NCBI GenBank assembly: GCA_950097015.1
Contig: CATNEN010000001.1
Location: forward strand, 4,278,001 to 4,342,000
From: Macrostomum hystrix
Lineage: Eukaryota > Animalia > Platyhelminthes
DNA length: 64,000 nucleotides
Direction of reading: 5' to 3'
Both the position numbers and the translations under genes were made by a program. Positions 10,175 through 21,952 of the stretch are shown here, one piece after another (position 1 is the stretch's first letter; the number at the start of each line of letters is the position of its first letter). The notes beneath the pieces are model-generated. The model ran no database searches and was not told the origin of the DNA. It was given only the letters and a program-made list of their open reading frames with translations.

Positions 10175-13100
10175 TCACCTGCCGTCCTCTGCATTCAGCT
10201 TTCTACCTCTCCGCTGGCGCTCCATGCTGACGGACTCGCTCGCCGTCTCCATGGTGACGCATCGCTGATCATTCAGCGTCTCCGGCAGTGACTTCGCGAA
10301 CCGCTGCAGCTTCGCGTGGATCCAGCCGTCTCTCTGCTGCGCCACCGTTTCCATGGAGACGTTATTCCGCCAAATTCGTCGCAGCTTTTCCCTGACCCAG
10401 CGGATCTTCTCCTCATCCTGCGTCTCCATGGCGACGCGTCTCGCGTCCCTGACGGTCTCCATCTGTCGCAGGCTGAACTCCACGTGCTCAACTTGGTCGC
10501 TGTAGTGAGCCAGAGTGAGCAGCTCCTCCAAGTCCGGGTCCTCTTGCAGCTCTGAGAGCCACGCATCGAAGTCGATTGCTGTGCGATTGCGGAGCAGCTC
10601 AGCTTGGAGACTCCAGCTCAGGCAGCGGAAGTTCACGTACAGGTGCTCAGAGCGAGGCTGCGACAGTCTGGCTGTGAGCAGAGTCTGCGTGAACTCGGGA
10701 AGGAATGGGAATCGAGGCGGAGTGTCTGCGGGGAAGCAGAACCTCCACGCCCAGTCCGAATCTGATGGCAGATTGTATCTGATATCACTAGGCCTCATTC
10801 CACTCTGAACTCTGTGACTCTGGAGCTCCATCCCGAGTTTCTCAGCCTCCTTGGTGTCCCCGAACTTCAAATGCGCCATGGCAGTCATGCACAGGGCGGC
10901 GCACTTGCACCACCGCCGCTGATGCAGGAGACTGAGCTGCCCCATCTGGGTGTCTCTGTCTGCAGACTCTGACTGCAGCTCGCGAACACAATGGTGCACC
11001 ACACTGTACACTTCTGCTGACATCTCATAATCATGGATAATGGATTTCCTAATCTGAGTGACAGCAGGCGGCGCTGTCAGTGGCAGCAGAGTGAACAGGT
11101 GAAAGTAGAAATTCTCTGACTGCACAGGTCTCACGAGTCTCCTGATCTGCTCAACCACTCCGCCGATGTCGCTTCTCAGCTCTCTCAGTCGGTCTCGAAC
11201 CCTCACCTTCGTGTTGTCGAAGTCGCCGCCGATTCCAGCGTTCTTGAAGTAGAGCGGAGCGTCGGACATGAAGAAGTGCGGCATGCACTCATCGGATGAG
11301 CTGCTTGAGTCGATGAAGCTCAGCATCATGTCGAGAGACTCCTTCAGCAGTGAGATCAGATTCTGAGGCTGCCAAGCTTCAGCATTTGGGTCTGTGCCAT
11401 GCTTCTCCAGCATGAAGAAGAGCAGAGTCTTTGCATGGTAGGTCTTGAGTCCAGGTGTGTCCAGAGTGAGTGGCAAATGTCTCTTGAAGATGAACTTGAT
11501 GATTGAGAACAGCTGTCCCTGGACTGTGCTCAGCTGTCTCATGGCCTCTTTCTCTTGGAAGCTGAAGCTCACTCTGAGCTCATTGGTCTTATTCGGTCTG
11601 GTTGCCCTCACGAGGTGAGCCTTGTCGTTATTAATTCGCAGCTTCCTAACTCTGTGCTCACAGAATGAGCTGCAGCACTGGATCGCATGGCACGTGTCCT
11701 GAGCAGGCCGCACACCGCATGCCTTGGCTGAGACCGCAGGTTGGCTGCCTGCAGTGGGTGGTGAAACCCAGCATTTTTGTGACAAACGTCAAGTTCGGGA
11801 CTATTTTTAACCATAAAACTGTCCTGGATTGACACCAAACTACTCGTAAACCTCTAAACCCGTGAAGCACATGTCATGGCAGATGTCACTCACCTGACCC
11901 CACTGCCACCTGCGCGTGACCCTCCGTGACCCGCTGCTTCGTGGCAACTTCGCAGTCATTCCAATTATTCGTTTCATCGCAGCCGCCCTCCAGATGCAGC
12001 AGCTGCCCTTGAACCAGCACAGTCCAGTCAATGTCTGAGTCAGCCGCTGTCCTGCCGTTCACTTGCACCAGACTGTTGGCCCAGCCCTCTGCGTAGCTGC
12101 CTGACATATGCATCTCCCTGTTGTGAGTGAGGTCTTGAGCGACTCCTTCCAGCCAGTCAGCCATTTTCTGCTGACACTTTGCTCTCTCCTGAGTGAATCC
12201 CGCATCGCTGAGCAGTCGGTGCAGTTCCTCGCTGAGCTGCCTGTCCCGCTGTGAGTCGTCTCTGAGCCTGGAATGATGGGGAACTCAGTCAGCTGATGGA
12301 TTGTACACCTGCACAGACTGGCATCTCAAGCTGATCAGCAGAATCTGCAACTCACCCAGTGAGACTTGAGTCGGTGCAGAGTCCGGCTGTCTCCTTGGCA
12401 TTCGGTTCGCTGAAAAGTTCAGGAGGAAGTAGATCCGATTTACACCGATATCCTTTTGACCAGAGCATGAAAGTGTTCCCGGAATAATCATTAATACAAT
12501 AAAGCAACTGCTATAAATCACTTTGTATTTCAGCTGTTTCACATAGCTCACAATGGGGATTCAGTTAAAATGCTGACATAAGTAAAATCCACATCCTAAT
12601 TAAATCGCAGTTAAAACATTCTATGCATCGAGAGTTACATCCTTGGCCCTTGCATTTGTAGTCCTTGGGACAAAGTATGGAGGGGGAGGGAAAAAGCAGA
12701 AACGGGATGCAAATGCGTGGATAGGAAAATTTTGGTCCAATGAGTGAGTTCAGGCAATACTGCGGTCAAAGCCAGTTTGCAGCTCAGTTTTGATCTGAAA
12801 ATTCAAGTAGAAGCAAACTAACACGCAGGATCAGTTCCTGAAGATTGCATACTGAAGGAAATTAACACAGCATGACTGCCTCACCTCGATCGCGGGATCC
12901 CCAACAGTCGCAGCACCTGCTGATGTCCGCGCTGCTCCGCCAGCTGCGCACAAGTCCGACCCCGGCCGTCTCGATGACTCACATCCGCTCCTCTGTCCAT
13001 CAGAGTCTTGGCTGCTCGCACGTGACCCGCTTCACAAGCTCGCGACAGAGCTGTCCGACCCTGACTGTCTTCAGCTCGCACTGACGCACCGAGATCCACC

Positions 13101-14179
13101 AGCCTCTCAATGAGCTCGTGATGACCTGCATCAGCTGCCAGCATGAGAGCAGTGGCTCCTGAGCTGTCGTCTGGCTGATCGACGTGTTCTCTGCTGAGTC
13201 GCTCCTCATTGATGAGGGTGAGAGCCAGTGCGACATGGCCATGGGAGATTGAAGTACAGAGCAGCTGCGCGATCTGGGCTGGCTGCATTCGAGACAGAGT
13301 CTGGGTGAGAATCGAGTTCCTGCCCTCAATGGCCATCGAGGCGGTGAAGCTGAGCACTTGACTGAATTGGAAGAGCCACTCGGGCTGAAGATCGAGGATA
13401 GCAACGACATCTTCACGGAGACTAGAGCAGGCCGCGACTGCGCAGTCACGACAAACATTCTGTTTCAAAGTTTGGTCACCGACTGTCGGCAACAGAAACT
13501 TCACCACCTCCAACTGACCCTCGATTGCAGCAGATTTTGCAGCCCTGCTGCAGCACTGATCCCTCACTTTTTGGTCAGCGATTGTCGGCACCAGAAACTT
13601 CACCACCTCCAACTGACCATTGTTTGCAGCAGATTTCGCAGCCTCGCTGCAGCACTGATCTCTCACTTTTTGGTCAGCGATTGTCGGCACCAGAAACTTC
13701 ACCACCTCCAACTGACCATTGCTTGCAGCATATTGTGCAGCCTTGCTGCAGCACTGATCTCTCACTTCTTGGTCAGCGACTGTCGGCACCAGAAACTTCA
13801 CCACCTCCAACTGACCATTGCTTGCAGCATATTGTGCAGCCTTGCTGCAGCACTGATCTCTCACTTTTTGGTCAGCGATTGTCGGCACCAGAAACTTCAC
13901 CACCTCCAACTGACCATGGTATGCAGCAGATTTTGCAGCCTCACTGCAGCACTGATCTCTCACTTTTTGGTCAGCGACTGTCTGCACCAGAAACTTCACC
14001 ACCTCCCACTGATCGAATCTTGCAGCAGATTTCGCAGCCTCGCTGCAGCACTGATCTCTCACTTTTTGGTCAGCGACTGTCTGCACCAGAAACTTCACCA
14101 TCTCCAAGTCACCATTCGCTGCAGCATGTTCAATGCCATACTCATCAGGTGGAGCCGGGTCATTCGATTTGCTGGCCAT
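10175..14179 (-). CDS. Ankyrin-repeat / Mab-21 (cGAS-like receptor, cGLR) fusion, copy 1, ~1098 aa, 7 N-terminal 33-aa repeats
   Basis: Exons 14179-12885, 12409-12356, 12267-11894, 11748-10175, with GT-AG introns in phases 2,2,1; total 3297 nt, in frame. NTase motifs SGSYAEG..SDID, QDTCHAI, ELRVSFSFQEK, KTYHAKT, PHFF. Confidence 0.88.
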
Positions 14180-14259
14180 CTACTTCAGTCGCGGAATCAA
14201 GATGGTTGCTGTAATTCTGAAAGGCGCGAATTAGTTTTTTAAGCTTTCTCAAATTTTTC

Positions 14260-14520
14260 ATTAATTACACCTGCCATAATCAGGCCAGATGTGCAGCTGA
14301 CAACCCAGCGCAGCGCAGCAACTGAAGGCTGCGTACGGCTGTTCAGTCCATGGACTGGGGGAACGCCACACCCAGCCCCTAATTACCCAAGCAAATTCTG
14401 GTACCCATTTAACAACTGGGTGTACTGAAGAGTTAGGTGCCTTGCTAAAGGTAAAAATGTTTCTGTGGGTCGTGAATCGAACTTTTGACCGTGGGCGGCA
14501 TTTGGTCAAGCAGGGTACAG
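14260..14520 (-). mobile_element. tRNA-derived SINE-like element upstream of cGLR copies 1-3 (also ~28785-29030, ~40750-41000)
   Basis: Minus strand: B-box GTTCGATTC, then CCTTTAGCAAGGCACCT and CACCCAGTTGTTAAATGGGTACC, resembling conserved SINE central domains. Confidence 0.45.
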
Positions 14521-14939
14521 ATTGTCTATGGGAATGAGGAAAGGCTAGTATTACTTGGTAGAACAGAGAATAGTTGCTATGGAAATAGAGTTGCAAGTCG
14601 GTTTGTTGACTAAGTTCTAATTAAAAGGTTCATTTGAGACGCGACAGGTTCACTGTATGCACTAGTTTAGATATTCTTCCCATTCAAACCGTGATTTTTT
14701 AGAACTCAACCGGACAGATTGGAGCAATGGTCTCTTCATGTCCCGATTCTTTACTGTAATTCGAGCTGTCTCGATTTATTTGGACATTTCTTCGAAACGA
14801 CTGTAATCGCAGAGAAGCACAAGTCGGTGACTGCGCTTCCTACTGTCCTGTCGCAATTACTGGTGCAGCTGCAAGTTCCTAGCCGCTTGGCCAGTGGAGG
14901 ATCCGAGTGGCATAAAACCTGCCTGACTCTGCGCTGACA

Positions 14940-15905
14940 GACACAAGCACTGTGACAGCACATGCTGACAAGCACTCTGACAGCACATGCTGACAAGCAC
15001 TCTGACAACACATGCTGACAAGCACTCTGACAACACATGCTGACAAGCACTCTGACAACACATGCTGACAAGCACTGTGACAGCACATGCTGACAAGCAC
15101 TCTGACAGCACATGCTGACAAGCACTCTGACAACACATGCTGACAAGCACTCTGACAGCACATGCTGACAAGCACTCTGACAGCACATACTGACAAGCAC
15201 TCTGACAACACATGCTGACAAGCACTCTGACAACACATGCTGACAAGCACTCTGACAACACATGCTGACAAGCACTCTGACAACACATGCTGACAAGCAC
15301 TCTGACAACACATGTTGACAAGCACTCTGACAACACATGCTGACAAGCACTCTGACAGCACATGCTGACAAGCACTCTGACAGCACATGTTGACAAGCAC
15401 TCTGACAACACATGCTGACAAGCACTCTGACAGCACATGCTGACAAGCACTCTGACAACACATGCTGACAAGCACTCTGACAACACATGCTGACAAGCAC
15501 TCTGACAACACATGCTGACAAGCACTCTGACAACACATGCTGACAAGCACTCTGACAACACATGTTGACAAGCACTCTGACAACACATGCTGACAAGCAC
15601 TCTGACAGCACATGCTGACAAGCACTCTGACAACACATGCTGACAAGCACTCTGACAACACATGCTGACAAGCACTCTGACAACACATGTTGACAAGCAC
15701 TCTGACAGCACATGCTGACAAGCACTCTGACAACACATGCTGACAAGCACTCTGACAACACATGCTGACAAGCACTCTGACAGCACATGCTGACAAGCAC
15801 TCTGACAGCACATGCTGACAAGCACTCTGACAACACATGCTGACAAGCACTCTGACAACACATGCTGACAAGCACTCTGACAACACATGCTGACAAGCAC
15901 TCTGA
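14940..15905. repeat. 25-bp minisatellite (TGACAAGCACTCTGACAACACATGC)
   Basis: Tandem array; accounts for the three overlapping Cys-rich ORFs. Confidence 0.97.
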
Positions 15906-16139
15906 CCCGCTCCCTAATGAACCGGACTTGTCTCTAAGACCTGTCCATAGACAAATATCTGGCTTAACCCTCCTCTGTCAGAGCCTTTGTCAGACCCCAG
16001 TTAGAAATAGCCAGACACATTGCCCAGACACTTTGGCCTTCTAAACTGCATTTGGTCTCCTCCGTGGGTGCGCTCAATCTAAAATATTTTAGCGATAGTT
16101 TAAGTCTGCTGCTAGCCTTAGTAGCACCTTTCCAAGACT

Positions 16140-16805
16140 CTTTCCTTTGGGGAAATCCCATGATGCAACCTGATTTCCTTTGGGGAAATCCCATGCGACC
16201 TGATTTCCTTTGGGGAAATCCCATGATGCAACCTGATTTCCTTTGGGGAAATCCCATGCGACCTGATTTCCTTTGGGGAAATCCCATGCGACCTGATTTC
16301 CTTTGGGGAAATCCCATGATGCAACCTGATTTCCTTTGGGGAAATCCCATGCGACCTGATTTCCTTTGGGGAAATCCCATGCGACCTGATTTCCTTTGGG
16401 GAAATCCCATGATGCAACCTGATTTCCTTTGGGGAAATCCCATGCGACCTGATTTCCTTTGGGGAAATCCCATGCGACCTGATTTCCTTTGGGGAAATCC
16501 CATGCGACCTGATTTCCTTTGGGGAAATCCCATGATGCAACCTGATTTCCTTTGGGGAAATCCCATGCGACCTGATTTCCTTTGGGGAAATCCCATGCGA
16601 CCTGATTTCCTTTGGGGAAATCCCATGCGACCTGATTTCCTTTGGGGAAATCCCATGCGACCTGATTTCCTTTGGGGAAATCCCATGCGACCTGATTTCC
16701 TTTGGGGAAATCCCATGCGACCTGATTTCCTTTGGGGAATTCCCATGCGACCTGGTTTCCTTTGGGGAATTCCCATGCGACCTGATTTCCTTTGGGGAAA
16801 TCCCT
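16140..16805. repeat. 30/33-bp minisatellite (CCTGATTTCCTTTGGGGAAATCCCATGCGA)
   Basis: Tandem array; each unit has an internal inverted repeat GATTTCC..GGAAATC. Confidence 0.96.
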
Positions 16806-17074
16806 TGTGAGGAGTGTCTCAATTCATTGACGGGTGATAGGGAATCCATTATATCGAAAATGGATGAAGACGGAACAAAATGGTTTTCTTTTTTGAACTC
16901 AGCACCCCTAAAAACCCGATGGACACAGATTTATCACCCACTAAAAGTGGAACTATTTTATAGGATTAAGATTCAAAAGGGGCCTATGGGACTGGCTATA
17001 GACTAAGGCCAATAGGACCATTCCCTTTCTGTCACTGACCCTTTCTTTTGCTTCCCAATCCTCTTCTCCCCATC

Positions 17075-17205
17075 CTCTCCTTTAGCTGTTTTTTCCTCTC
17101 CTTTAGCTGTTCGCTCCTCTCCTTTAGCTGTTTGTTCCTCTCCTTTAGCTGTTTGTTCCTCTACTTTAGCTGTTTGTTTCTCTTCTTTAGCTGTTTGTTC
17201 CTCTT
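17075..17205. repeat. 21-bp pyrimidine-rich minisatellite (TCCTCTCCTTTAGCTGTTTGT)
   Basis: About 6 degenerate tandem units. Confidence 0.85.
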
Positions 17206-17264
17206 CCCCCTTCTAATAGCTACCCTTCCAACTACCCCCCAAAAAGATAGCTCCCTTCTAAACA

Positions 17265-17652
17265 AGTTGGAGGGGCGGATAGTTGGAGGGGCGGATAGTT
17301 GGAGGGGCGGATAGTTGGAGGGGCGGATAGTTGGAGGGGCGGATAGTTGGAGGGGCGGATAGTTGGAGGGGCGGATAGTTGGAGGGGCGGATAGTTGGAG
17401 GGGCGGATAGTTGGAGGGGCGGATAGTTGGAGGGGCGGATAGTTGGAGGGGCGGATAGTTGGAGGGGCGGATAGTTGGAGGGGCGGATAGTTGGAGGGGC
17501 GGATAGTTGGAGGGGCGGATAGTTGAAGGGGCGGATAGTTGAAGGGGCGGATAGTTGAAGGGGCGGATAGTTGGAGGGGCGGATAGTTGGAGGGGCGGAT
17601 AGTTGAAGGGGCGGATAGTTGAAGGGGCGGATAGTTGAAGGGGCGGATAGTT
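17265..17652. repeat. 16-bp G-rich satellite (GGAGGGGCGGATAGTT)
   Basis: Tandem array with a GGGGCGG core. Confidence 0.96.
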
Positions 17653-18249
17653 CAGCTCTCAATTCACCACACTCTATGAGCATGCATATACTGGCACAGT
17701 TAAACATTCACTAAATCAGTGCTGATTGACTCACCAGCTGCTCACGGGCAGTTCGACCTACTTGGCTGCTGAAGTTCGATGGAATTTCTTGCAGTCTTTG
17801 CTCGAGCCGTCAGTTTGATGCTAGGAACAAGAGTTAGGTTGTGGGTCTGCGCACTGGGGCTGCGCACGAACGCAGCCTCTTTAAAACCATTTAAAGGCAG
17901 TGCAACGATTCGGATCAGATAAGATTTCATCAGTTTTACTTAGCTTTAGCTTCATCAGTTTTAAGCAGCCAGTTGTCTCTTCTTTCTGGCCTCTCTATTT
18001 GTCCACTCCTAGCATTCAAGTTCTAATCTTGGCTTCGTTGTCGATTAGAATCCCGCGGAGTTGGTTTGTTGATTTTGTTGCTAGGCAGTTTGGCTGCTGG
18101 CTCGCACCGGCGGGACACGAAGCCTGTGAGGTATGACCAGCCCGCGAGCTACGGTGTGCGCAGTTTATGGCGAGTAGTACGACTTTATGCCACCCTGCCG
18201 CACTATAGCCGAGATAGGCGGAAAATGGCAGGACGTGGGGAGAGAGTTT

Positions 18250-18340
18250 GGGGGGGTTGGCAAACTGGGGTTGGGGTGGGGGTTAGCAATCTGGGGTTGG
18301 GGTGGGTGGTTAGCAATCTGGGGTTGGGGTGGATGGTTAG
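18250..18340. repeat. G-rich ~26-bp repeat (GGGGTTGGGGTGGGGGTTAGCAATCT); also ~31805-31910 and ~43148-43253
   Basis: 3-4 units containing runs of G4-5. Confidence 0.85.
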
Positions 18341-18419
18341 CTGTACCCAGTGCAAACAGATAGGCCGGCCTATCCTCCTATCTCTACAGTGTTAGCCGTA
18401 CCCAGTGTAATTAGATAGG

Positions 18420-18787
18420 TCCAGTTCATCCCCAAACCGAACAATCACATAAAATGAACATCCCCACCCTCCCAACCAATCCAGTTCATCCCCAAACCGA
18501 ACAATCACATAAAATGTACATCCCCACCCTCCCAACCAATCCAGTTCATCCCCAAACCGAACAATCACATAAAATGTACATCCCCACCCTCCCAACCAAT
18601 CCAGTTCATCCCCAAACCGACAAATAACCATAAAATGTACATCCGCACCCTCCCAAACGATCCAGTTCATCCCTAAACCGACCAATCACCATAAAATGTA
18701 CATCCGAACCCTCCCAACCAATCCAGTTCATCCCCAAACCGACCAATCACCATAAAATGAACATCCCCACCCCCCAACCAATCCAGT
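18420..18787. repeat. 60/61-bp minisatellite (inverted relative to 32140-33180 and 43483-44280)
   Basis: Unit CCAGTTCATCCCCAAACCGAACAATCACATAAAATGTACATCCCCACCCTCCCAACCAAT. Confidence 0.95.
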
Positions 18788-19371
18788 TGCTACTTTTTCT
18801 GCTTCTGCCGCTGCTTCTCCTGCTCACCAGCAGCGGTTGCCAGGCGGAAGATCTGGCCATAGTCGACAGGGCAGGTGCGTCTTATCAGTCGCAGGTGTTC
18901 AACGAATCCACTGGCGATGCCTACAATGCCGAGGGTCCCCTGCTGCCGTGTCGCCTGCTGCCTGCGGAGTCTGTGAAATGCAACCCGCCTCTTGATCTGC
19001 AGGGCAACTCCAGCCTGAAGGACATCCTTGGTCACGGCTGCACCAAATGGGGCGGCCAGACCTATCAGGAGGTTGAGCACACCAGGCTGCAATGCTTCGC
19101 TCTAGCTGACATTGAATGCTACGGCAGCTTTCTCAGAGGTCGATCGCCTTGTCTGAAGTACACGGGCCACTATTTCCTAACCACACTGCTTTACTCTGTG
19201 TTTCTGGGCTTCCTGGCAATCGACAGATTCTGCCTGGGCCACACAGGTGCCGCCATTGGCAAGATGCTCTGCTTAGGCGGCATTGGAATCTGGTGGATTA
19301 TCGTCGTCATCCTGCTGTGCACCGGCAGCTTGAGGCCTGCAGATGACAGCAGCTGGATGCCCTACTACTGA
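18757..19371 (+). pseudogene. TM2D2: TM2D2 copy 2 (native start lost; open frame starts in a satellite-derived ATG)
   Basis: Near-identical to 1004-1594, but the 5' end is fused to the 60-bp array, there is a 6-nt deletion (GSRSF>GSF), and the conserved WWIVD is changed to WWIIV. Confidence 0.7.
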
Positions 19372-19765
19372 TGTACTTTGCCCAGCCATTGTACAGCCAT
19401 TGTACAGCCATTGTACAGTTTCTTTATATCAGTGTACAGCCTAATGATTGTGCTTTAGATATATTACTGCGTACCTGGGCTTCTTCAATAAAGCAACGCA
19501 TTGCCTGAGCTCTGGTTTTATTTATTAAAGAATTGTGCTTTTTTGCTTGATCAATTTTCTAATATTCAATACAGGTAATGGGTACCAGCAAGCATATAGA
19601 GAGGTAGAAGCAAAGGGATCTTGCTCATGGACACAAATCCTTTGCCCTCGGCTGAGATTCGAACTTCAGACCTCTCAGATGGGAGAGACTGTGCCAAAGC
19701 CAAACAGTGAGCAGTGCCTCTCTCACAATGCATTTCAGCCTACTCAGCAGAACATTTCGAGCTCA

Positions 19766-20596
19766 ATGTCTCTCACCACTCAGTCGACTCATTCGCAATC
19801 AGCCCCAATGGCCGTTGACGATGCACCGGACCCGGATGTGAAGCCTCCAGAGCTGCAGCTGAAACTGGAGATGCAGGACGATGAGGGCCAGTCAGCTGAT
19901 GCACACGCCGATGACGTCACAGGCCAGTCAGCTGATGCGCACGCCGATGACGTCACTGGCCAGTCAGCTGATGCGCACGCCGATGACGTCACTGGCCAGT
20001 CAGCTGATGCGCATGCTGATGACGTCACTGGCCAGTCAGCTGATGCGCACGCCGTTGAAGCCGACGTTGACAAAAAGTGCTTCGAATGCGACTTCTGCGG
20101 CAAGCGTCTAGCACAACGCAGCTACCTGATGGCGCACCTGAGTATTCACACCGGTGAGAAGCCGTTCGAATGCCATCAGTGCGGCAAGCGTTTCTCCAGG
20201 CCCGGCTACCTGCGGCTGCACAGCAAGGCCGTCCACCAGAACGAGCGCCGGCACCTGTGCCGATTCTGTGGCAAAGCCTTCCCAGAGACCTCCAGTCTTG
20301 GTAGGCACATTCGCACTCACACTGGCGAGCGACCGTTTGTCTGCGAACTGTGCGGCGTCCGCTTCACCCAGGCTGGCAGTCTGGCTGATCACATGCGAGT
20401 CCACACCGGTGTTAAGCCTTTCACCTGTCTCACCTGTGGTGCCTCTTTTAGTAGAGCATTCTCACTGACCAACCATCTGAGAATGCACAATGGTGACAAG
20501 CCTTTTAAGTGTTTGGTGTGCGGCAAGACATTCTCACAGTCAGGTCACTTGTACCGACACCAGCGATCTACTCACTCTGCCGCTGTGCAGGTGTGA
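19766..20596 (+). CDS. C2H2 zinc-finger protein, 6 fingers (copy 2)
   Basis: Paralog of 1979-2782 with one extra 36-nt acidic repeat; the first ATG is lost and the second ATG at 19766 is retained. Confidence 0.85.
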   Translation: MSLTTQSTHSQSAPMAVDDAPDPDVKPPELQLKLEMQDDEGQSADAHADDVTGQSADAHADDVTGQSADAHADDVTGQSADAHADDVTGQSADAHAVEADVDKKCFECDFCGKRLAQRSYLMAHLSIHTGEKPFECHQCGKRFSRPGYLRLHSKAVHQNERRHLCRFCGKAFPETSSLGRHIRTHTGERPFVCELCGVRFTQAGSLADHMRVHTGVKPFTCLTCGASFSRAFSLTNHLRMHNGDKPFKCLVCGKTFSQSGHLYRHQRSTHSAAVQV

Positions 20597-20629
20597 GCAG
20601 TCTCTTCTCAAGACAGTGATTGCATCTGC

Positions 20630-21240
20630 CAATCACTGATCCTCATCAGGTCATCCAATCACTAACCTCATCGGTTCTCCAAATCACTGATCCTCATCAG
20701 TTCTCCCAATCACTGATCCCCATCGATTCCCCCAATCACTGATACTCATCCGTTCTCCCAATCACTGATCCTCATCGGTTCTCCCAATCACTGATCCCCA
20801 TCGGTTCTCCCAATCACTGATTCACATCGGTTCTCCCAATCACTGATCCTCATCGGTTCTCCCAATCACTGATCCCCATCGGTTCTCCCAATCACTGATT
20901 CACATCGGTTCTCCCAATCACTGATCCCCATCGGTTCTCCCAATCACTGATCCTCATCGGTTCTCCCAATCACTGATCCCCATCGGTTCTCCCAATCACT
21001 GATTCACATCGGTTCTCCCAATCACTGATCCTCATCGGTTCTCCCAATCACTGATCCCCATCGGTTCTCCCAATCACTGATCCCCATCGGTTCTCCCAAT
21101 CACTGATCCCCATCGGTTCTCCCAATCACTGATCCCCATCGGTTCTCCAAATCACTGATCCTCATCGGTTCTCCCAATCACTGATCTTCATCGGTTCTCC
21201 CAATCACTAATCCTCATCGGTTCTCCCAATCACTGATCCC
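20630..21240. repeat. 26-bp minisatellite (paralog of 2815-3920)
   Basis: Tandem array. Confidence 0.95.
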
Positions 21241-21952
21241 TTTCGGGATTATCAACCAATCAGAAATCTCCATTGGCTCTCCCAACCAATCAGATGTCCC
21301 TAAAGCATCTCCCAAACAATCTGAGATCCCTTTTCAGTCTCCCATTCCGAGATCAGGATAAAACATTTATTTATCAGTAAATTTCATTCCTGTTAACACC
21401 GTGTAATATTTCGATAGTTTGTGCTAGTTCTATCTCATCTTATTAATCAAATCTATCGCTAGTCAATTATGTATGCTTGTGTCTGATCTGTTTGTTCACT
21501 CTGCTATTCCGTGCTATAATTATTATCAGTGAAGTGCAGATAGGCTTTTTGGTTCGCTTATGTTGCCCATTTGTTATATGCAATTGTGAGCCATTTGTAG
21601 TCATTGTACAGCTTTTAGTTTCTTATTTTACAAGTCGAATTCATGAGTTAAGAGTCTCTGCTCTGTTCCTCTATCGATACAAAATGCTAAATAGTCATTG
21701 GTTCGTGCAGTAGAGTCAGTTGACACAATACCATTGATACTAATTCAAACATTTGACAGCTGTTTGTGTTTAATCATTTCTGGAAACCGAATCTAACCCT
21801 AGCAGAACCAGCCTTCTAAACTTGATTGGCTGGGGACTCGGCCATTGAAGGTGTCTATGGAAAATGCAAGCACTGAGTCGCCACAGCCAATAGAGATTTG
21901 AAGGCTGATTTGGTAAATTATGAGTTCATTGTTGTGGACTTCCTGCATTTCA

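Noticed and set aside
12881-14179. Ankyrin ORFs as standalone genes, and Mab-21 ORF starts such as MSQKCWV / MVNGYKL
   Set aside because: The ankyrin stop overlaps a splice donor, and the Mab-21 ORF N-termini lie in intron 3 upstream of a conserved CTGCAG acceptor (they differ by an indel between copies 2 and 3).
14751-16849. Cys-rich and GFPQRKS repeat ORFs
   Set aside because: Open in several frames and on both strands of 25- and 30-bp satellites; absent from paralogous units.
18250-18340. Telomere-like G-rich tract
   Set aside because: Not a run of TTAGGG-type units; a short ~26-bp minisatellite at internal duplicated sites.
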